Part shown: positions 26,850-36,966 of the stretch, in pieces
How the letters are laid out: each line of letters starts with the position of its first letter
How positions within the stretch are numbered: position 1 is the stretch's first letter
DNA from: Marispirochaeta sp.
Lineage (GTDB): Bacteria > Spirochaetota > Spirochaetia > JC444 > Marispirochaetaceae
NCBI GenBank assembly: GCA_963676835.2
Contig: CAXXFF010000002.1
Span: 1,184,001 to 1,248,000 of the forward strand
Direction: 5' to 3'
Length of the DNA: 64,000 bases
Translations under genes and position numbers: made by a program
Notes under the pieces: model-generated
The model's database searches: none
Told to the model about the DNA's origin: nothing
The model's input: only the letters and a program-made list of their open reading frames with translations

Positions 26850-29636
26850 TTATCCTAGAATAAAATCGAGGTCATCCCGGGTCAGGCTTTTGAGGGGGCC
26901 CGAGTCGGCATGAATTACCGACTGGAACAGTTCCCGTTTTTTCTGCTGCAGCTCCAGTATCCGCTCCTCAATGCTGTCTCTGGCGATCAGCCTGTAGGCG
27001 AATACCGTGTTTTTCTGGCCTATCCTGTGACAGCGGTCGATGGCCTGATTTTCCGCTGCCACATTCCACCACGGATCAAGGAGGTACACATAATGGGCAA
27101 CGGTGAGGTTGAGTCCTACACCACCGGCCTTGAGGGTCATGAGCAGGACCTTTTTACTACGGTCCTGCTGAAACTGCTGTACTACCGCCTTGCGGTCGGC
27201 GGTGGACCCGGTGAGAAACAGGTATTCCACCTGCATTTCATCAAGATCAGAGGCCAGTGAGTCCAGGGTCTGGAGGTAGTTGGAAAATACAACAGCCTTG
27301 TGATGGTTTGCGAAAACATCACTGAGGCTTTCTGTCATAAGGCTGCGTTTGGGGCTGCGGATAATTCCCGAACTGCGGCTCTCCGGAGCGCTGGCAATCT
27401 GACGCAGTTCGGAAATTGCCTGGAGAATGTAAATCTGGGATTCCGCAAGACCGTCCCGCTCCACCTTTTCCTGTACGCTGCGGAAATAATATTCCCGCCG
27501 TGATTCATACAGGCTGCGCTGGTCATCGTCCATCTCCACCATTAAAACCTGTTCAACCTTTTCCGGCAGATCTTTAGCCACCTCGTTTTTCAGCCTTCTC
27601 AGAAGAAAGGGACGGATTTTTCTGCGCAGATCTTCTGCTGTAATCTGGCAGGAGTCTCTCTGTATTGGATTGGCGTAGTTTTTCTGGAATTCTTTTATTG
27701 TTCCGAACATCCCCGGGTTGAGAAAACGGAAAAGGGAGTAGAGTTCCATCAGGTTGTTTTCCAGTGGGGTCCCGCTGATGGCGAGCTTATACTCACCGTT
27801 CAAAAGCAGAACTGCCCGGCTGATCCGGGAGGTAAGATTCTTGATATTCTGGGCTTCATCGAGAATGAGATAGCGGAATGAACGCTTTCTCAATTGCTGA
27901 ATTTCATTGCGCACTATGGTGTAGGTGGTGAGGATAATGTCAGCTTCCCCGGCTTTCGACCAGTCCCTGCCGGCGCCGTAGTAGGCATAGACCGACAGGC
28001 CGGGGCAGAATTTCTCCAGTTCCGCCTCCCAGTTGAATATCAGTGATTTGGGAAGGACTATCAGAGAGGGCATTCCCGGGTTTGAATGAACAGCAGAGAG
28101 CAGTGATATGGTCTGAACTGTTTTCCCCAGGCCCATATCATCCGCAAGACAGCCGCCCAGTCCGGTTTTGTAAAGATAGTAGAGCCAGCGGTATCCCTGG
28201 TCCTGATAGTCTCTGAGAGTGCCGGTGATAAGCGGCACCGGTGCCGGCCGTTTTTCCAGTGATTCAAATCCGCGAAAGACTCTTTCAGGTTCTACTGCGC
28301 CCGGGCCGTTCAGGGGTTCATCTATCAGGTCCTGAATCAGGGGCAGGTCAAAGAACGAGAGGGTTACTTCATCACCATTAATGGTTTTGAGTATCCGTTT
28401 CAGCCGGTTGAGAAACTTCCCGTCCAGTATAGCCTTGCTGCCGTCATTCAGCTGAATAAAGCCCCGGTCGTCGTGTATCTCTATAAGTTCATCCGGAGAA
28501 AAGCTCTCATCTCCGAGGTTTACCCGGCACTCCCCTCTCAAGAGGTCGGTACCGCCGCTTATACGCATTGATACCCTGGGTTGGGGAGTTAGGATCTTGA
28601 AGCGGGCGAGATTCCCGGTTCCATAGAGCAGCACCTGTTTTCCCAGAGCCGGGAGATCCATCTCGATAAATGCTTCTGCAAGTCTGGGCCCCATGCTGAT
28701 CCTGGACCCGTCCACAAAGAAGCCGTCGGAGCCGTTCAGAGACTTCTGTCTGCGTTGAATCCGTCGACGCAGCCGTGAAATATAGGGACCAGGGTCCGGA
28801 AGGGTAACCGTTTTGAGACGAATAGTTTCTGCGGTGTGGTCTATTTCGGCAGCTATTCCCGCATCGTAGCTGGTAAAAAAATCGGGAGGGTATCCGGGGT
28901 AGGTGAGTACTGCCTGAATATGCAGAAAGCCTTCCCTGTCCATTTCGTGGAAAATGATTCCCTCCTGGAGTTCTGCCTCTGCATCGTCTACTACTTCGTA
29001 GCTGCAGAAATCGAGGGGCATCCCCGGGAAGTGGGTATGGGCCAGGGATATGTACCGGGGGAGTTCATCTGCAGTGAGAATGGTGCATAAATGGCGGAGA
29101 CTGCGATAGCCCGGACCAGGGGATGCTCCGCGGTAAAGGAACTTTCCGTCAAGAATGAAATTTTCTGCAATGCCCCTGGGGTTGCGTAGAACTGTTCCGC
29201 CGCCGGAAACAAGCTGCCCTCTGTAGGGATTTTCTCCGCTGATGGAGATCCCCACGGTTTCGTCGATTACTTCGACAGGAGACCCGTCGGGCAGTTCCAG
29301 GCATTCTGTGGCAGCTGCGAGGCTGAGGATATACGGGTAACGGCTCAGAGGTATGCCTCCGGCTTTTTCCTTCTCTTCCCAGCCCAGCTGCATCTGCCGT
29401 GCGTCACCGATTTCCGTCAGAGCTGCAAGCAGGTCTCTCCATGGTCCCGAGTAGCTGCGGGGAGAAGGGAGCGGATCCGGCCTGGTGCCGTCATCACTTT
29501 CTACGTACAGAATTGCATCGCCGCCAAGGGCATCCAGCACGCAGCGCAGGCTTCCTTTAAGCGCAGATGAGGAAGAGGCGGTAGAGCCGGCGGAGGCAGT
29601 TGTTTTCAGGCGGAATGCTTCAAATAGGTCGCTCAT
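26850..29636 (-). CDS. SNF2-family (SF2) ATPase/helicase
   Basis: LRDYQ, LADDMGLGKT, LDEAQNIKN, SGTPLEN, LKAGGVGLNL, QAIDRCHRIGQ. Confidence 0.95.
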   Translation of the reverse strand: MSDLFEAFRLKTTASAGSTASSSSALKGSLRCVLDALGGDAILYVESDDGTRPDPLPSPRSYSGPWRDLLAALTEIGDARQMQLGWEEKEKAGGIPLSRYPYILSLAAATECLELPDGSPVEVIDETVGISISGENPYRGQLVSGGGTVLRNPRGIAENFILDGKFLYRGASPGPGYRSLRHLCTILTADELPRYISLAHTHFPGMPLDFCSYEVVDDAEAELQEGIIFHEMDREGFLHIQAVLTYPGYPPDFFTSYDAGIAAEIDHTAETIRLKTVTLPDPGPYISRLRRRIQRRQKSLNGSDGFFVDGSRISMGPRLAEAFIEMDLPALGKQVLLYGTGNLARFKILTPQPRVSMRISGGTDLLRGECRVNLGDESFSPDELIEIHDDRGFIQLNDGSKAILDGKFLNRLKRILKTINGDEVTLSFFDLPLIQDLIDEPLNGPGAVEPERVFRGFESLEKRPAPVPLITGTLRDYQDQGYRWLYYLYKTGLGGCLADDMGLGKTVQTISLLSAVHSNPGMPSLIVLPKSLIFNWEAELEKFCPGLSVYAYYGAGRDWSKAGEADIILTTYTIVRNEIQQLRKRSFRYLILDEAQNIKNLTSRISRAVLLLNGEYKLAISGTPLENNLMELYSLFRFLNPGMFGTIKEFQKNYANPIQRDSCQITAEDLRRKIRPFLLRRLKNEVAKDLPEKVEQVLMVEMDDDQRSLYESRREYYFRSVQEKVERDGLAESQIYILQAISELRQIASAPESRSSGIIRSPKRSLMTESLSDVFANHHKAVVFSNYLQTLDSLASDLDEMQVEYLFLTGSTADRKAVVQQFQQDRSKKVLLMTLKAGGVGLNLTVAHYVYLLDPWWNVAAENQAIDRCHRIGQKNTVFAYRLIARDSIEERILELQQKKRELFQSVIHADSGPLKSLTRDDLDFILG

Positions 29637-29730
29637 TTCAGGACTGGTATCCTATCATGCCCCGGGGCGGCTGGAAAAGCACGATGCTGCAGAACTTTTC
29701 CCGGTACCTTCATCGTGTTGCCGTAACCGC

Positions 29731-29758
29731 TTGACAGAGAATAGGGGCAGTATATACT
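29731..29758 (+). promoter_or_regulatory. Sigma70-type promoter
   Basis: TTGACA-16nt-TATACT, 6 nt before ATG 29765, no SD. Confidence 0.6.
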
Positions 29759-29764
29759 CACCTC

Positions 29765-31645
29765 ATGGATTCGTGGTACTTCGAAGAGCTTACATCAACA
29801 AGTGTTTCATCCCTGTTTATTCGTCTTATGCGTGACTATAAACGCTGTCTCAATAATGAAATGACCGGCTGCAAAGGTTATACAGACAGTTCTCTGCCGG
29901 TAATGCTTTCCCTCTGGGGCCTGGGGGGATATCTCTCCCAGCCCGGGAGAAGTGACGTTATTGAAGACGACGGCGAGATGTTGCCCTTGTCCCGCTGGTT
30001 TGTGAGTGCCCTGGAAAACGGGGTGAATCCCACCTATCCGGGCCGCTGGAGCGGAACGGACAGTAAAAGTGCCAGGCATGATCCGCTTGTTACCGCAGGA
30101 GTGGCCTTTTCCGCCTGTATCTGCAGAGCCCTGCTGTTCCGCAGGCTTTCCTCTACCTCGATTCAGGATTTTCAGCAGTGGCTGGAAAATGAGTCCCGGG
30201 GTTCGGCTCGTAAAAAAAGCTACCAGAGTCTTGGAATCGCCCTGAGTCACGCATCTAGAAAGTCCATGGGTTTTGATTATGATGAAAGCATAATCAATAC
30301 AGCCTTCGAAACCATGGAGCGCTGTTTTACCGATAACGGTGGCTTCCGGGATCCCGGTAAGGATTCCCGCCGCTTTGATGACTCAATGAGCTACGGCTAT
30401 ATTACTTTTCTCTCCCTTCTTTTGTATCTCCAGGGTGGGAAAAGCAGCCAGTACTATGAGCTCTGGGCCCCCCGGCTGAGAAAGATTCTGCGGGATTATG
30501 TATATCTTTACAGTCCCGACGGCTCTACCCCCATGTACGGTGATGTTTCCGCAGGCAGCCTTGCCCGGCTTGCAGGACCGGTGGCAGGGTATCTTGCGGG
30601 AGTCTGGCCGGTGAAACCGGGAATCCTCCGGCGTATGATACGGCTTCACCTCAATTACCTTATGTCCCGGGGAATCCTCGATACAAAAAACGGCAGAATA
30701 GTTCCCGGAACAGGAGATCCTGCCTCGGGGCGTCACCTGCAGTCCATGCAGACTCTGGGGCTGCTTATGCTGATTCCCCAGGATGATCCATTCTGGAATG
30801 CCCGGGAAGAATCTCTTCCCATCGAGCGGGGAGACTTTGTTCATTACATTCCCTATGCGGGCTGGCTTATCCACGGAGCAAAACAGGACGGGAATATTCA
30901 ACTCATAAACGGCGGGTCGGCAATTCACAGCAGAGAGGTTGCGGATGTAACCGCCTACGGCAAGTTTGCCTACTCCGGACGCATCGGCTACGTGGCAGAT
31001 GCAGATCTCTCGCCTCTGGTTTACTGCTGTGATAACACCCTGTCCGCCAGCAGTGATAAAAAGGCCTGGAGTCATCGCAGCGCTCTCTCTGCTTCAAAGC
31101 TGATTGGAGACAGGGTTCTGCTTTCAACCTATACCTTGCCGGTGGAACATGCAAAAGGGCATTCCGGACCTCTCAAGGTTGATACGGTAATTATTCCTCT
31201 GAGAACCGGGGCGCAGATTCGGATTCACCGGGTTAAAAACAGAAGTCTGGGAAGCAAGGCAGTTCATCTGCGAGAAGGAGGCTATGCTCTGGGGGTAATG
31301 CCCGGAAGCGATGCCAGAACATCCGCAACAGGACAGATTGCCCGGGCGGAGAATGAAAACGGCTTTTCCCTGGTACGCATTCTTGCGGGTTACAGTTTTG
31401 CCGCTATATCTCAGGGATACGAAGGCCGCCGTAAAGGGCATACCGATGCTCCGGCCTTTCTGCTTCCCAGGGTGGAGACTCTGCTCAAATCCGGGGATGT
31501 GGCCTATCTGGCCGTCTACCTCCATGCCGGAGTCAATATAAATATTCTTGAATCCGGTGATTCCATCGAGTTCAGTCGCAAAGGGGATCAGATCTCCCTG
31601 AACGCAAAGGGAAAGTCATTTTTCGAATATGATTTTCAGTCCTGA
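29765..31645 (+). CDS. DUF2264-family protein (divergent)
   Basis: LLIP.DDPFW.A.E..P and YGKFAYS motifs typical of DUF2264. Confidence 0.65.
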   Translation: MDSWYFEELTSTSVSSLFIRLMRDYKRCLNNEMTGCKGYTDSSLPVMLSLWGLGGYLSQPGRSDVIEDDGEMLPLSRWFVSALENGVNPTYPGRWSGTDSKSARHDPLVTAGVAFSACICRALLFRRLSSTSIQDFQQWLENESRGSARKKSYQSLGIALSHASRKSMGFDYDESIINTAFETMERCFTDNGGFRDPGKDSRRFDDSMSYGYITFLSLLLYLQGGKSSQYYELWAPRLRKILRDYVYLYSPDGSTPMYGDVSAGSLARLAGPVAGYLAGVWPVKPGILRRMIRLHLNYLMSRGILDTKNGRIVPGTGDPASGRHLQSMQTLGLLMLIPQDDPFWNAREESLPIERGDFVHYIPYAGWLIHGAKQDGNIQLINGGSAIHSREVADVTAYGKFAYSGRIGYVADADLSPLVYCCDNTLSASSDKKAWSHRSALSASKLIGDRVLLSTYTLPVEHAKGHSGPLKVDTVIIPLRTGAQIRIHRVKNRSLGSKAVHLREGGYALGVMPGSDARTSATGQIARAENENGFSLVRILAGYSFAAISQGYEGRRKGHTDAPAFLLPRVETLLKSGDVAYLAVYLHAGVNINILESGDSIEFSRKGDQISLNAKGKSFFEYDFQS

Positions 31646-31709
31646 TAGCCCTGAGGGATTAATATTAGTACCTTTGTCATATTAAATCGTGCCCACCGGG
31701 AGATCATTT

Positions 31710-32237
31710 ATGGCAAATGTTGAGCATGCGGTTGTTGGAGGGGGCTGCTTCTGGTGCCTGGAAGCGGTATTCAAGCGGACAGAGGGTATTCAACTGGTTG
31801 TCTCCGGTTATGCCGGAGGGAAAACAGTCAATCCCACCTATGAAGAGGTGTGCAGAGGCACCAGTGAACATGCCGAGGTGATTGAACTCACCTTTGATCC
31901 AGACATTATCAGCTACCGGAAAATCCTGAGAATATTTTTCAAATCCCACGATCCAACCACCCTAAACCGCCAGGGCGCGGATGTTGGAACCCAGTACCGT
32001 TCGATTATTCTGTATAACAGTGAAGAGCAGCGTATCCAGGCAGAGGATGAGATTAACCTGGCAGGAGAACTGTATGAGGATCCGGTGGTAACGGAGCTCA
32101 CGGAACTGGAATCTTTTTATCCCGCTGAAGCCTATCACCAGAACTATTACGAACTGAATACCTCCGCAGGCTACTGCAGGGCTGTAATCCGTCCCAAGCT
32201 TGCAAAGCTGGGGCTGGAACTGGAATCGGTTTTATAA
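31710..32237 (+). CDS. msrA: Peptide-methionine (S)-S-oxide reductase
   Basis: GGGCFWC, GYAGG, NPTYEEVC, HDPTTLNRQGADVGTQYRS. Confidence 0.97.
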   Translation: MANVEHAVVGGGCFWCLEAVFKRTEGIQLVVSGYAGGKTVNPTYEEVCRGTSEHAEVIELTFDPDIISYRKILRIFFKSHDPTTLNRQGADVGTQYRSIILYNSEEQRIQAEDEINLAGELYEDPVVTELTELESFYPAEAYHQNYYELNTSAGYCRAVIRPKLAKLGLELESVL

Positions 32238-32305
32238 AAACTTTCCTTGACCATTCCCCTCTGGCCCCGGTAGCATGTTAGAAAACAGTTAGCACCGGAG
32301 GGTTT

Positions 32306-32839
32306 ATGGATCCAGACAGCATACCCAAAGAGCTTCTGCCTCTTTTCGGCAGAAGAAGTATACGGCGTTTTACCGAAAAGCCGGTAAGAAAAGAGGATAT
32401 TCAGCTTCTGCTTGAGGCTGCCATGGCGGCTCCGTCTGCGGTGGCCCGGGATCCGTGGCGTTTTGTAATAATTCGTGAAAAAGGAACCCTTACCCTGATG
32501 AGTGAGGGCCTTCCCAACGGTAAGCTTCTTGCTTCTGCACAACTTGGAATTGTTGTATGCGGCGATATTGAATCTGCCCATAACAACCTTGAAGGCTATA
32601 TGGTTCAGGATTGCACCGCTGCCCTGGAGAATATGCTCATTGCCGCCCATGTTCTGGGACTTGGGGCCTGCTGGCTCGGAGTATACCCCCGGCCGGAGCG
32701 TCAGGAGTGGATTACCGGTATTCTTGAGCTGCCCGAACCGATCATTCCCCTCTCTATTGCAGCCATAGGATACCCCGATGAAACCAAGCCTCCCCGTACC
32801 CGTTTCAATGAATCGTATGTGCATCATGAGTTGTGGTAA
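32306..32839 (+). CDS. Nitroreductase family protein
   Basis: RRSIRRF, AAPSA, PWRF, LGLGACW. Confidence 0.93.
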   Translation: MDPDSIPKELLPLFGRRSIRRFTEKPVRKEDIQLLLEAAMAAPSAVARDPWRFVIIREKGTLTLMSEGLPNGKLLASAQLGIVVCGDIESAHNNLEGYMVQDCTAALENMLIAAHVLGLGACWLGVYPRPERQEWITGILELPEPIIPLSIAAIGYPDETKPPRTRFNESYVHHELW

Positions 32840-32934
32840 ATCCCATATATGAGACAACATACCCTATATGGGACACTTGGCAAATGGTTAAATTTCTGTT
32901 TATAGTTAAATATTGACTCATTACTAAGGAGGGT

Positions 32935-34032
32935 ATGATGATTAAAATACGACCTGCAAATGAATGTAAATATGCGTGTCTTTCCCTGGGAGAGATTATG
33001 CTGCGTCTCGATCCGGGCGACGGACGTGTAAGGACTGCCCGTTCTTTCCAGGCATGGGAAGGCGGCGGAGAGTATAACGTAACCAGAGGCTTGAGAAAAT
33101 GTTTCAATCTGCCTACAGCGGTAGTTACCGCCTTTGCGGACAACGAAGTGGGGCACCTGGTTGAGGATTTTATCCTTCAGGGCGGTGTGGCTACGGAATA
33201 TGTAAAGTGGGTTTCCTACGATGGTATCGGACGGTCCGTTCGTAACGGTATCAACTTTACCGAAAAAGGCTACGGTATCCGGGCTGCACTTGGTACTTCC
33301 GACCGGGGAAACACTGCTGCCAGCCAGCTGAAGGCCGGCGACATCGACTGGGAACAGATCTTTGGAAAAGACGGTGTTCAGTGGTTTCACACCGGAGGAA
33401 TCTACGCGGCTCTCTCCGAGACAACCCCGGATGTTGTTATCGAGGCTCTGAAGACTGCCAAGAAATACGGAACTATTACTTCGTACGACCTGAACTTCCG
33501 TCCTTCTCTCTGGAAGGGAATCGGCGGCAAGGAAAAAGCCCAGGAAGTAAACCGGGAAATTGCAAAGTATGTTGATGTAATGATCGGTAATGAAGAGGAT
33601 TTTACCGCCAGTCTCGGTTTTGAGGTTGAAGGCGCCGATGAAGATCTTACTGTACTGCCTATTGAAGGCTACAAGAAGATGATTGAGACTGCCATCAAGA
33701 CCTATCCCAACTTCCAGGCTGTGGCAACTACCCTGCGGACCGTACACTCCGCCAGTGTCAATGACTGGGGTGCCCTCTGCTGGCACGAAGGTACTGTTCA
33801 TGAAGCTACTCACCGGGAAAAACTCGAGATTTATGACCGTGTCGGCGGTGGCGACAGCTTTGCTTCCGGTCTAATCTACGGGTTCCTGAAGCACAATGAT
33901 GCTGCCCAGGCGGTAGAGTACGGTGCCGCCCATGGCGCACTTGCTATGACCACCCCCGGGGATACCTCCATGGCAACCCTCAGCGAGGTGGAACGTCTGG
34001 TAGGCGGAGGCGGAGCCCGGGTTATCCGGTAA
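32935..34032 (+). CDS. kdgK: PfkB sugar kinase, 2-keto-3-deoxygluconate kinase-like
   Basis: LGEIMLRL, GGGEYNV, YDLNFRPSLW, DRVGGGDSF. Confidence 0.85.
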   Translation: MMIKIRPANECKYACLSLGEIMLRLDPGDGRVRTARSFQAWEGGGEYNVTRGLRKCFNLPTAVVTAFADNEVGHLVEDFILQGGVATEYVKWVSYDGIGRSVRNGINFTEKGYGIRAALGTSDRGNTAASQLKAGDIDWEQIFGKDGVQWFHTGGIYAALSETTPDVVIEALKTAKKYGTITSYDLNFRPSLWKGIGGKEKAQEVNREIAKYVDVMIGNEEDFTASLGFEVEGADEDLTVLPIEGYKKMIETAIKTYPNFQAVATTLRTVHSASVNDWGALCWHEGTVHEATHREKLEIYDRVGGGDSFASGLIYGFLKHNDAAQAVEYGAAHGALAMTTPGDTSMATLSEVERLVGGGGARVIR

Positions 34033-34052
34033 TCCGATTTTATGCCTGTATG

Positions 34053-34082
34053 AAAACGCCGCGGTCCGCCGCGGCGTTTTTT
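34053..34082 (+). terminator. Intrinsic terminator
   Basis: AAAACGCCGCGG-tccg-CCGCGGCGTTTTTT. Confidence 0.85.
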
Positions 34083-34133
34083 ATTGATGTCAGGCCCGGC
34101 TTTTACTATTTTGGTCATCAGGAGGTTTGCTTT

Positions 34134-34355
34134 ATGGCAGACAAGAACGACAAAGTTACCGAAAATACCCAGGGTGCCTGGTATGTGGATAACAAATGTA
34201 TCAGCTGCGGACTGTGTCTTGGAGAGGCTCCGGAGGTCTTCAAGTTTAACGATGATGATAAGGCATATGTTTTCCAGCAGCCTGATGCGGATGATGCCGC
34301 TGCAGTCGCTGCAATGGAAAGCTGCCCTGCAGATGCTATAGGAAACGACGGATAA
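34134..34355 (+). CDS. Monocluster ferredoxin
   Basis: CISCGLC...CP; AGGAGG SD before ATG 34134. Confidence 0.92.
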   Translation: MADKNDKVTENTQGAWYVDNKCISCGLCLGEAPEVFKFNDDDKAYVFQQPDADDAAAVAAMESCPADAIGNDG

Positions 34356-34370
34356 GGGCCGTGGCGGCGG

Positions 34371-34919
34371 CTATAGCCGCTGCTGTTCCTCGGCTCTGGC
34401 AAGAATAAACAGAAAATCACTCAGACGGTTCAGGTAATTCTGCACTCCGGATAGATGTATGGAACCGTCGCGGCGAATGCAGCGAACCACTGCCCGCTCA
34501 GCCCTGCGGCAGACACTTCTGCCTATGTCTATTTGAGATGAGAGTTCAGTTTTTCCTGGGAGAATAAACTCCGCTTCGATGCGGGTTTTCTTAAGCAGGC
34601 TGTATTCGATCTTCTCAATATGCTCAATATCTTCCGGGGTCAGTTTTGAAATAGTATGAAACTGTTCAGATGCCCGGGGTGTTGCAATCTCCCCTCCGGC
34701 GGTGATCAGGTTTTTCTGAATAACTTCAATATCGGCTATGGTATTTCCGGAAGCTCTCTTTCTGAGCCCGGTTTTGATCAGCCCCAGCCATGATGAGAGT
34801 TCGTCTATATCGCCCAGGGCATCGAAGATGTGTTCGTCTTTTCCCCGGCGTTCCCCGTTATACAGACAGCTGTCGCCTCTGTCGCCGGCCCGGGTGGTTA
34901 CCTGTTCAAATTCAAGCAT
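34371..34919 (-). CDS. Cob(I)alamin adenosyltransferase, PduO type
   Basis: TTRAGDRG, GDIDELSS, FILPG, RSVCRRAER, YLNRLSDFLF. Confidence 0.93.
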   Translation of the reverse strand: MLEFEQVTTRAGDRGDSCLYNGERRGKDEHIFDALGDIDELSSWLGLIKTGLRKRASGNTIADIEVIQKNLITAGGEIATPRASEQFHTISKLTPEDIEHIEKIEYSLLKKTRIEAEFILPGKTELSSQIDIGRSVCRRAERAVVRCIRRDGSIHLSGVQNYLNRLSDFLFILARAEEQQRL

Positions 34920-34977
34920 ATGCCATTACTATACCGTTTTTTTCCCTTTCCGGGCCAGTGTTCCGGCTGCCGGCGGG

Positions 34978-36951
34978 CTACTCCCGGGCAAGGAGAAATC
35001 CGTCCATCTCCTCATCTCTTTTAACCAGAAAATCCTCCAGTGCGGAATCGGGCATCTTGGCAAAATCGCCGAAGGTACTGGAGGTATTTATATCGATATC
35101 AAATCCGCCGGAAACATAGGTGGTTGGGTAGAAGGCCAGCCTCTTTTCCGCGTGAATGCCCTTTTTCATAAAGGTCTGTACCCCTTTACGGATGAGCCGC
35201 AGTTTGGTAAGAGCGTCCTCTCTGCTGCGGATGGACCATACCCCGAAGTGGATGGGCTTTTCTTCCACGTTCAGGTCTCCCAGGAACTCTCCTCTCAACA
35301 GCTTGTCCCGCTCTTTTTTCAGGTAGGGTACAAAATCCAGATGCTCTGCCAGTTTGCGGTCGGTGGCAAAGAAATTACCCGTTTCCGGGTCGGTTGTGAA
35401 TATTATAACGTTGCGGTAGGCCTGGCCGTAGCTGCGGAAGAGGGAGGCCCAGAAGTTATCCGGGTTGACCGCTTCTTCCAGAATCTGGCTGCGCCGGTAG
35501 ATCTCCCGGCTTATATCAATAAGCCAGTTTCTGTACTGAATAACATCGCACTTGAGAGATCCTATCTCCTGTTTCAGTTCGGCTTCGGTTTTAACTCCCT
35601 GGAGGTAGCCGAGGATTGTACGGTAGATATCGCGGATATTATGGTAGCGGCTGAACTGGGTAATAAGATCGAACATGAATATCTCAATCTTGCGGATCTG
35701 CCATATATAGGCCACAACCTCCCGGCGGGGGGTGTCCGGCAGGACTGTTGCCACTTCCCAGAGATCTTTGAACTCATTGTAGCGCCGGTTCATCTGGACA
35801 TACCAGGCGGTAACGGTTTCCCGGTTCATATGGAAACGGATACTCCAGGAAGTCCCCTGACCGAGGATGCTCGAAACCTCAATGTTTTCAGCACCGAAGG
35901 TTGCATATATCTGCTGTGTTCCGATGCCTTCACCCGTACGTTTGCCCTTGGTTGTTTTCCCTACAAAGCGGGGAAAACCCTGTTCGTCCTTCTCCAAAAG
36001 TTCCAGGGGGATTCCCATGCCGTTGTCGGCAATGGTCAGGTTGAGAAACTCACCGGTTTCCCGCAGGGAGATATCGATAATCCCTTTACGGTCAGCCTCT
36101 TCAATGGCATCCAGGGCATTGGATACAATGTTGACCAGGGCCCTGCCGATATCGATGTAATAGCCCTGTATGGTGGGGGCTCCGGTATCAAGATCCAGCC
36201 TCAGTTCGCAGCGGATATCAGAGCTCTGAACATAGGGCACAATCCGTTCAAATATCAGGGCCAGCAGATCAACATTATGTACGATCTTCATGTTGTCCCT
36301 GAAGGCATTGAGAATATTGATCAGGGTTGTCGATTCCCTGTTTATATTTTCAACTATTTTGCCGCTGTTCTCCGAGCCAAGGGCTTCCACCATGGAAGAG
36401 ATAAGCCGGGTCACCTTGCGGGCGTCATGACGTGTTTTACTTATCTCTTCCGGCGCCAGGTCCCGGTGCTGTCTGAGCCCTTCTATCTGTTCCAGAACAA
36501 CCGGCCCGGCTGCTATAAGCCGGTGGTAAACGAGTTTGCGGTAGGCGATGGATGTTTCCATCTGAAAACCGTACTTCTGGAAAAACTCAATGGTATCGAT
36601 CTGTTTTTCCCAGATATGAATATGGATGGCAGATGAATCGGGGATATCTTCAGCAAGCTGCTCGATAAAGCTTGACCCGATACCCCGTCCTCTTCCGAAG
36701 GGGCTGGTTACAATCTTGTATATAAGAAAATCCGTTTCGGCAGGATCGGAGTAGACCAGCATATAGCCGAGTATCTCGCCTTCTTCCACCCATACATAGC
36801 TGTGCTCATAGTCTTTCCGTACCGCAGGGTTATGCACAAAGGGGGAGGGGATTACAAAGGTATCGATGTTAAGGAGGGGATTGCGCATTACCCGTTCTTC
36901 AATGTCGGGGTTCATATTGAGAATAAACTGATACCTCTCAATCTGCTGCAT
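34978..36951 (-). CDS. Cytoplasmic GNAT-histidine kinase fusion with uncharacterised C-terminal domain
   Basis: GNAT motif A RGRGIG; H-box RHDARK; N box NIVSNALDA; G1 DNGMGI; G2 GEGIG. Confidence 0.8.
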   Translation of the reverse strand: MQQIERYQFILNMNPDIEERVMRNPLLNIDTFVIPSPFVHNPAVRKDYEHSYVWVEEGEILGYMLVYSDPAETDFLIYKIVTSPFGRGRGIGSSFIEQLAEDIPDSSAIHIHIWEKQIDTIEFFQKYGFQMETSIAYRKLVYHRLIAAGPVVLEQIEGLRQHRDLAPEEISKTRHDARKVTRLISSMVEALGSENSGKIVENINRESTTLINILNAFRDNMKIVHNVDLLALIFERIVPYVQSSDIRCELRLDLDTGAPTIQGYYIDIGRALVNIVSNALDAIEEADRKGIIDISLRETGEFLNLTIADNGMGIPLELLEKDEQGFPRFVGKTTKGKRTGEGIGTQQIYATFGAENIEVSSILGQGTSWSIRFHMNRETVTAWYVQMNRRYNEFKDLWEVATVLPDTPRREVVAYIWQIRKIEIFMFDLITQFSRYHNIRDIYRTILGYLQGVKTEAELKQEIGSLKCDVIQYRNWLIDISREIYRRSQILEEAVNPDNFWASLFRSYGQAYRNVIIFTTDPETGNFFATDRKLAEHLDFVPYLKKERDKLLRGEFLGDLNVEEKPIHFGVWSIRSREDALTKLRLIRKGVQTFMKKGIHAEKRLAFYPTTYVSGGFDIDINTSSTFGDFAKMPDSALEDFLVKRDEEMDGFLLARE

Positions 36952-36966
36952 ATACTATCCTTAAGG

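Noticed and set aside
34738..36636. 632-aa + strand ORF
   Set aside because: Antisense shadow of the motif-rich GNAT-kinase gene; no recognisable motifs or SD
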